Positions 33,041 through 36,894 of a DNA stretch of 36,894 nt are shown piece by piece. Within the stretch, counting starts at the first letter, position 1. Each line of letters opens with the position of its first letter. A model generated the notes under the pieces. That model was not told the DNA's origin, did no database searches, and worked only from the letters and a program-made list of their open reading frames with translations. The position numbers and the translations under genes were made by a program. Origin of the DNA: a virus; IMG/VR virus record IMGVR_UViG_3300021387_000082, positions 1 through 36,894 of that record; one strand, 5' to 3'.

Positions 33041-33506
33041 AGTCATACGCAACCAGTATGAGAGCGCCGCGGGCTACACGCACGCGCGCCTGAGCACGGA
33101 CGAGGGCGGCTTTATCTGCTGGACCCTCGAACCGGAAGACCGGGGGCTCCGCCAGGACATGGCGCTGCCGCAGATCCAGTCCCGGAAGGTGAAGGGCAAG
33201 ACGGCCATCCCGAAGGGTACATACCGGGTGCAGTTACGGGTGTCCCCCAAGTTTAAGGATAAGTGGTACGCGAAGGAGTACGGGGGCAAGTTCCCGTACT
33301 TGTGCGATGTGCCGGGATTCAGCGGGATTATGATTCATCCATTAAACCGCCCGGAGGAAACGGCTGGCTGCATCGGGCCGGGGATGCTGCAGGCCGGCAT
33401 CCGGGGGCGCATTTTCGATAGTGTGCAGGCGTGGCAGGATTTGATGCGTTTCTACATCTGGCCAGCCTACCAACGAAAGCAAGAGATATGGATTACGATA
33501 GAATAA
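33027..33506 (+). CDS. DUF5675-like protein, endolysin candidate (YkuD-like L,D-peptidase-type active site)
   Basis: CWTLEPEDRG...AIPKGTYRVQLRVSPKF...VPGFSGIMIHPLNRPEETAGCIGPG. It sits between the holin and the spanin-like gene. Confidence 0.45.
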   Translation: MLKIRVIRNQYESAAGYTHARLSTDEGGFICWTLEPEDRGLRQDMALPQIQSRKVKGKTAIPKGTYRVQLRVSPKFKDKWYAKEYGGKFPYLCDVPGFSGIMIHPLNRPEETAGCIGPGMLQAGIRGRIFDSVQAWQDLMRFYIWPAYQRKQEIWITIE

Positions 33507-34006
33507 AGAACTGCCTCCTTTGCGTGGCGGCGGGGCTACTTCTCGCGGCCCTGCTTTTCGTTGCCTTCAAAACGGGCCAAAAATACCATCTAAAACTCGA
33601 TTCTGCGGCCACAAAGACCGATTCGGTAGTAGTTATTAGGCGCGACACAATACGCCTTGAAAAGCCCGTTTTTGTGACCAAGTATGTTGACCGGGTGCAG
33701 TTGGTTAAGGTGACCGATACCCTCCGTTTGAAAGACACCCTGTATGTGGCGATGGAGCGGGAGGTAAAGGGCTATGAAGGAGAAGATTACAAGGCCCAAG
33801 TGTCGGGGATTGAACCCTGTTTGGATTGGGTCGAAGTTTTCCCCAAGACCATAACCATCCAGCAGCAAGTCCCCGTCCCTTCTCCCCAAAGATGGAAGCG
33901 GATAGGCTGGGGCGTGAGTGCCGGGCCGGGTGTCTTTTGGCAACCCGGGATGGACAACGTGACCCCCGGTGTCGGAATTGTCGTAGGATTGAGGGTGAAT
34001 CTTTGA
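33488..34006 (+). CDS. N-terminally anchored membrane protein, spanin-like
   Basis: ATG 33488. The TM segment is LLCVAAGLLLAALLFVAF. It overlaps the lysin end. Confidence 0.45.
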   Translation: MDYDRIKNCLLCVAAGLLLAALLFVAFKTGQKYHLKLDSAATKTDSVVVIRRDTIRLEKPVFVTKYVDRVQLVKVTDTLRLKDTLYVAMEREVKGYEGEDYKAQVSGIEPCLDWVEVFPKTITIQQQVPVPSPQRWKRIGWGVSAGPGVFWQPGMDNVTPGVGIVVGLRVNL

Positions 34007-34126
34007 TTATTCAAAGAAGTTTCGTACCTTTGATATGTTATGAGGTCGGCCCGAAAGGGCCTAAAGGGGAAGCCCGTAGCCGCGAGGTTGCGGGCTATTT
34101 CTATTGCATAATTCAAGGATTTTTCG

Positions 34127-34134
34127 TATATTTA
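34127..34134 (+). promoter_or_regulatory. Possible -7 box for the lipoprotein gene
   Basis: TATATTTA matches TAnnTTTG at 7 of 8 positions. It lies 33 nt upstream of ATG 34167 and is followed by TTAATCC-TTAATCC-TTAATCG. Confidence 0.35.
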
Positions 34135-34166
34135 ATAGTCTTTAATCCTTAATCCTTAATCGTATT

Positions 34167-34901
34167 ATGAAGAAAATGTTACTTGCGCTTCTCGCGCTGG
34201 CGTCAGCCGTCGCCTGTACCAAACAGGCTCCCACCACCACACCAATCGTCCGCGTGTCCTTCTCCGTGGGCGAGTTCGGTTACTTCCCGACAAAGGGCCT
34301 TCCCGAAGCCATTTCCGCGACACTCCCGGAGACCCTTGACCTTACCCTTACAAACTCAGAAACAGGGGCAGTCTACACAACCACAACAGGGACAAGCACC
34401 GAACTCCCGGTAGGCACTTATGCGGTCACAGGAGGATACACCCCGGAAGCCACGACCGCCATCTACGGCAATTCGGTTTTCCTCTCCAAAACACCGAAGG
34501 TAAGTGTTTCCCAAGATATGCAGATTATGGAGGGCGTTTCGTCCTACACATTGCAAGCGGTTTATCAATCCTGCGCATTGGCCGTCCGGGCTTCGGAGGT
34601 TACCAAATGGACGGGCGCAGCGAACCGGGAAGGGTTCACGATTGACGCGATGGAAACGGACGGCTACCTATGGACATTCCTGTCCGGGGAACTGGGTTCG
34701 TCCCGGTATTTCTATACCTACCTCCAGCCCGTGACCGGGCAGCAGAAGTCCTTTACCATCGTAGCAGACCCAGCCTTGCAGATGAACTTCTCCGATGCGC
34801 TGGTGGTTTCGCCGGGAAGGTGGTATATCCTCCGGGTGTCGGACACCGCTACGCAGTCAGGTTCTTTCGGGATTGCGTGGCCGGAATGGTCACAGGGTTA
34901 G
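34167..34901 (+). CDS. Secreted lipoprotein (moron, possible lysogenic-conversion or exclusion factor)
   Basis: MKKMLLALLALASAVAC carries a signal peptide and lipobox Cys. It has its own promoter-like and terminator elements. Confidence 0.7.
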   Translation: MKKMLLALLALASAVACTKQAPTTTPIVRVSFSVGEFGYFPTKGLPEAISATLPETLDLTLTNSETGAVYTTTTGTSTELPVGTYAVTGGYTPEATTAIYGNSVFLSKTPKVSVSQDMQIMEGVSSYTLQAVYQSCALAVRASEVTKWTGAANREGFTIDAMETDGYLWTFLSGELGSSRYFYTYLQPVTGQQKSFTIVADPALQMNFSDALVVSPGRWYILRVSDTATQSGSFGIAWPEWSQG

Positions 34902-34907
34902 CGAATC

Positions 34908-34932
34908 TCCCCGGCTTCGATCGGGGATTTTT
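34908..34932 (+). terminator. Terminator after the lipoprotein gene
   Basis: Stem tccccg / cgggga, followed by TTTTT. Confidence 0.65.
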
Positions 34933-34982
34933 CGTATTCTGCGAAGTAACTTTGAATAAATTGCAAATTTTTCTGAAAATAT

Positions 34983-35013
34983 TTTGCATATTCAAAAAAT
35001 GGTTGTATATTTG
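34983..35013 (+). promoter_or_regulatory. Bacteroidota-type promoter of moron cassette B
   Basis: TTTG (34983-34986), a 19-nt spacer, then TATATTTG (35006-35013). Paralogous to 27372-27402. Confidence 0.7.
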
Positions 35014-35050
35014 CATACGAAAACAAACAACGAACAAAACACAACGCCTT

Positions 35051-35206
35051 ATGAAAGCATACAAAATTATCAAAAAGGAATTTGGTACGGACATCACCTC
35101 CATCGTTAAACTGGTTTCCGGCAATGATGGCTGCTGGCACATCTTCGATGAGTTCGGGATTGACATTACCAAGTCTTGCAGATTCGTTGAAGTCAAGAAC
35201 AACTAA
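35051..35206 (+). CDS. Small protein (51 aa), cassette B gene 1
   Basis: Sequence: MKAYKIIKKEFGTDITSIVKLVSGNDGCWHIFDEFGIDITKSCRFVEVKNN. Only this tail of track ORF 34670..35206 lies downstream of the promoter. Confidence 0.5.
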   Translation: MKAYKIIKKEFGTDITSIVKLVSGNDGCWHIFDEFGIDITKSCRFVEVKNN

Positions 35207-35223
35207 TCCCTTAATGATTAACC

Positions 35224-35244
35224 ATTTAACACTCATACCTTATG
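35224..35244 (+). promoter_or_regulatory. Pre-start box, copy e
   Basis: atttaacactcataccttATG. Confidence 0.5.
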
Positions 35245-36144
35245 AACAACAACGTCTATCAAATGGTCACCGACCGCATCTGTGAAATGCTGAACAAGGG
35301 CATTATCCCGTGGCAGCAGCCGTGGCACTTCAACACCCTCTCCGACGGCGAGGATTGCGCAATCTCCTACACCACCCGCCGGGCGTACTCGGTGCTGAAT
35401 CAGTGGCTGCTCGGCGAGCCGGGCGAGTACCTTACCTTCAACCAAATCCAAGAGCGGAAGGGCCATATCAAGAAAGGAGAGAAGGCCCGGATGGTGGTTT
35501 TCTTCAAGCAGACCCAGTACAAGGAGAAAGACCCGGAGACGGGCGAGGAAGTACTGAAATCCTACCCCCTGCTCCGCTACTACAATGTATGGCACATCAA
35601 GCAGACGGAAGGGATTGAATCCAAAGTCAAGACCGGGGAGCAGGAAGTCAAGACCCTTGACCCGATTACCGAAGCGGAAGCCGCCATCCTCGGCTACTTG
35701 ACCCGCGAAGCCGACCTCAAATTCTTCAATGACAAGCCCTCCGGGAAAGCCTACTACTCCCCCGCCGAGGACAAGGTGGTCGTTCCGATGCTGGGGCAGT
35801 ACGACATCGCCGCCGAGTATTACTCCACGACCTTCCACGAACTTGTCCACTCCACGATGAAGGAATCCCGCTGCAACCGGGTGGCCGATAATAAGCGGTC
35901 ATTCTTCGGAAACTCCGAGTACTCCCGCGAGGAGCTGGTTGCCGAGATGGGCGCGGCGATGCTCTGCTCCAACTCCGGGATAGATTCTGCCAAAGCCTTC
36001 CGCAATTCGGTGGCCTACATACAGGGATGGCTTAAAGAATTGAAGAACGACCCCAAGATGATTGTCTGGGCCGCTGGCCGGGCCGAGAAAGCCGCCCGGT
36101 ACATCGTCGGCGGGCCGGAGGCAATCAAAGTGAAAACCCTTTAA
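35242..36144 (+). CDS. ardC: ArdC-like anti-restriction protein (N-terminal ssDNA-binding DUF1738 domain plus zincin metalloprotease domain)
   Basis: VTDRICEMLNKGIIPWQQPW...YSVLNQWLL...LTFNQIQERKGHIKKGEK... and the HELVHS zinc motif with SREELVAEMGAAMLC. Confidence 0.8.
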   Translation: MNNNVYQMVTDRICEMLNKGIIPWQQPWHFNTLSDGEDCAISYTTRRAYSVLNQWLLGEPGEYLTFNQIQERKGHIKKGEKARMVVFFKQTQYKEKDPETGEEVLKSYPLLRYYNVWHIKQTEGIESKVKTGEQEVKTLDPITEAEAAILGYLTREADLKFFNDKPSGKAYYSPAEDKVVVPMLGQYDIAAEYYSTTFHELVHSTMKESRCNRVADNKRSFFGNSEYSREELVAEMGAAMLCSNSGIDSAKAFRNSVAYIQGWLKELKNDPKMIVWAAGRAEKAARYIVGGPEAIKVKTL

Positions 36145-36159
36145 TCTCATACCGAAATG
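36139..36159 (+). promoter_or_regulatory. Pre-start box, copy f
   Basis: ctttaatctcataccgaaATG. Confidence 0.5.
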
Positions 36160-36471
36160 GAACACGCAAAACAAATTCCGATGGCCGAGATCGCGGCCAA
36201 GTACAAAAGGACAGGTATACGCCGTAGCGCAATCTTCGGGTCGCGGAAGGCATTGATGGAAGAACTCTACGCAACCGGGATTCCCATCTACTGCGACCAA
36301 TCGTACTATATACATGAGCAGAAAGTCGACCTTGTCGAGAAGGTGGGCGAGCATTTCAAATGCGAGGTTTATACCACCTTTGAAGAATGGCGCGACTGTC
36401 ACTACTACTCCCTGTGCGAAGATGCCGACGGGAACAAGATATGGCTTATGACTGGTGGCAGATACGATTGA
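36157..36471 (+). CDS. Hypothetical protein (104 aa)
   Basis: ATG is preceded by the pre-start box. Confidence 0.55.
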   Translation: MEHAKQIPMAEIAAKYKRTGIRRSAIFGSRKALMEELYATGIPIYCDQSYYIHEQKVDLVEKVGEHFKCEVYTTFEEWRDCHYYSLCEDADGNKIWLMTGGRYD

Positions 36472-36530
36472 TTTCTTCCGCGTAAACAGGAATCCGGGGC
36501 GGGAATACCGACCGTCCCTTTAACCCCCGT

Positions 36531-36545
36531 AGAATCGAAAAATAG
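36531..36545 (+). repeat. 15-mer AGAATCGAAAAATAG, copy 3
   Basis: Exact match, 9 nt upstream of ATG 36555. Confidence 0.9.
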
Positions 36546-36554
36546 CAAGCAAAA

Positions 36555-36894
36555 ATGGACACTGCATTTGAAAAGGCCCGCGCCGCCTACGGAACAGGCG
36601 CATACGATGACGCTACATTGGAGTTCTTGTTCCCTCAGTTGAAGGAGAGCGAGGACGAGAAGATAAGGAAATGGTTAGTGGATTATTTCACCGAAATTGG
36701 TGAAAATTGGATTCATCGTGAATTTAACTGCAAGCAAATTGTTGACTACCTCGAAAAGCAGAAAGAGAATTCCAAATCCGCCGATTCTATTTCGTCAGAT
36801 TGCGCGTCAGACGCAAAATGTGAGAATAGGTGGCACAAAACGGCCAATTCTTTACCCGATAACGGAAGGGAGGTTCTTGCAAAGGATAAATTAG
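36555..36894 (+). CDS. N-terminal part of the junction-spanning ORF (continues at base 2)
   Basis: ATG 36555 (MDTAFEKARAAYGTGAYDDATLEFLFPQLKESEDEKIRKWLVDYF...) is open to the window end. The 15-mer motif lies 9 nt upstream. This ORF is not in the track. Confidence 0.6.
   Translation, partial: MDTAFEKARAAYGTGAYDDATLEFLFPQLKESEDEKIRKWLVDYFTEIGENWIHREFNCKQIVDYLEKQKENSKSADSISSDCASDAKCENRWHKTANSLPDNGREVLAKDKL
36788..36894. repeat. Terminal direct repeat copy B
   Basis: Identical to 1-107. Confidence 0.95.

Larger units (their letters stand above)
1..36894. mobile_element. Complete circularly closed temperate tailed-phage genome (unit 36,787 bp), probable Bacteroidota host
   Basis: Identical 107-bp ends. 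Contains integrase, repressor, terminase, portal, capsid, tail and lysis modules. Host-type TTTG/TAnnTTTG promoters are present. Confidence 0.8.

Noticed and set aside
34670-35206. 178-aa track ORF spanning the lipoprotein 3' end, a terminator and promoter B.
   Set aside because: It runs through a terminator hairpin and a consensus promoter. Only its last 51 codons (35051-35206), downstream of the promoter and sharing the CGCCTTATGAAA start context of cassette A, are credible.
36697-36894. Track ORF in frame 1 running to the window end.
   Set aside because: It has a GTG start and odd composition. It overlaps the better ORF from ATG 36555, which continues in frame across the circular junction.

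Overview
The window is a complete, circularly closed genome of a temperate tailed phage. Its ends are identical over 107 bp (1-107 = 36788-36894), giving a unit length of 36,787 bp, and one ORF reads across the junction. The host is most likely a Bacteroidota member. This is inferred from several TTTG-N19-TAnnTTTG promoters, an Arm-type tyrosine integrase, near absence of Shine-Dalgarno sites, a lipobox lipoprotein, and DUF5675-like and SGNH-like domains. No rRNA, tRNA, CRISPR array or transposon was found. Every gene except the repressor arm is on the + strand, and genes are packed tightly with ATGA/TAATG start-stop overlaps.

Layout:
- 36555->943-1872: small genes of unknown function.
- 1931-2106: putative attP.
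- 2149-3384: integrase.
- 3698-4081 (-): CI-like repressor, facing back-to-back promoters at 4159-4179.
- 4195-9156: early operon with a Rad52/Sak-type annealase, a replisome organiser with an internal AT-rich iteron patch, and a small protein ending in an SSB-like DLPF tail.
- 9324-12203: NinG/Rap-like nuclease, a sigma factor split into two overlapping ORFs, and a DnaA-domain-IV-like HTH.
- 12216-15903: ParB-fold, PP-loop PAPS-reductase-like, GT-A glycosyltransferase and second ParB-fold cluster.
- 15997-17590: TerS and TerL.
- 17571-34006: virion and lysis genes, including an XkdF-type protease-scaffold, major capsid, portal, mosaic tail fibre with SGNH esterase domain, holin, DUF5675-like lysin and a spanin-like protein.
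- Two paralogous promoter-leader moron cassettes at about 27.3 kb and 34.9 kb. The second drives an ArdC-like anti-restriction gene. A lipoprotein moron is also present.

Most interesting:
(i) the ParB / PP-loop / glycosyltransferase / ParB cluster, as a candidate undescribed nucleic-acid modification or IbrAB-like control system;
(ii) the split sigma factor, together with a CTATTTCACGG box in front of four virion gene blocks;
(iii) two further nucleotide-level motif families, a 20-nt pre-start box (6 copies) and an exact 15-mer (3 copies plus variants);
(iv) a T9 slippery run with a -1 frame extension;
(v) an in-frame TGA inside the modification cluster.

All homology calls rest on motifs I recognise by eye. 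No database search was possible.
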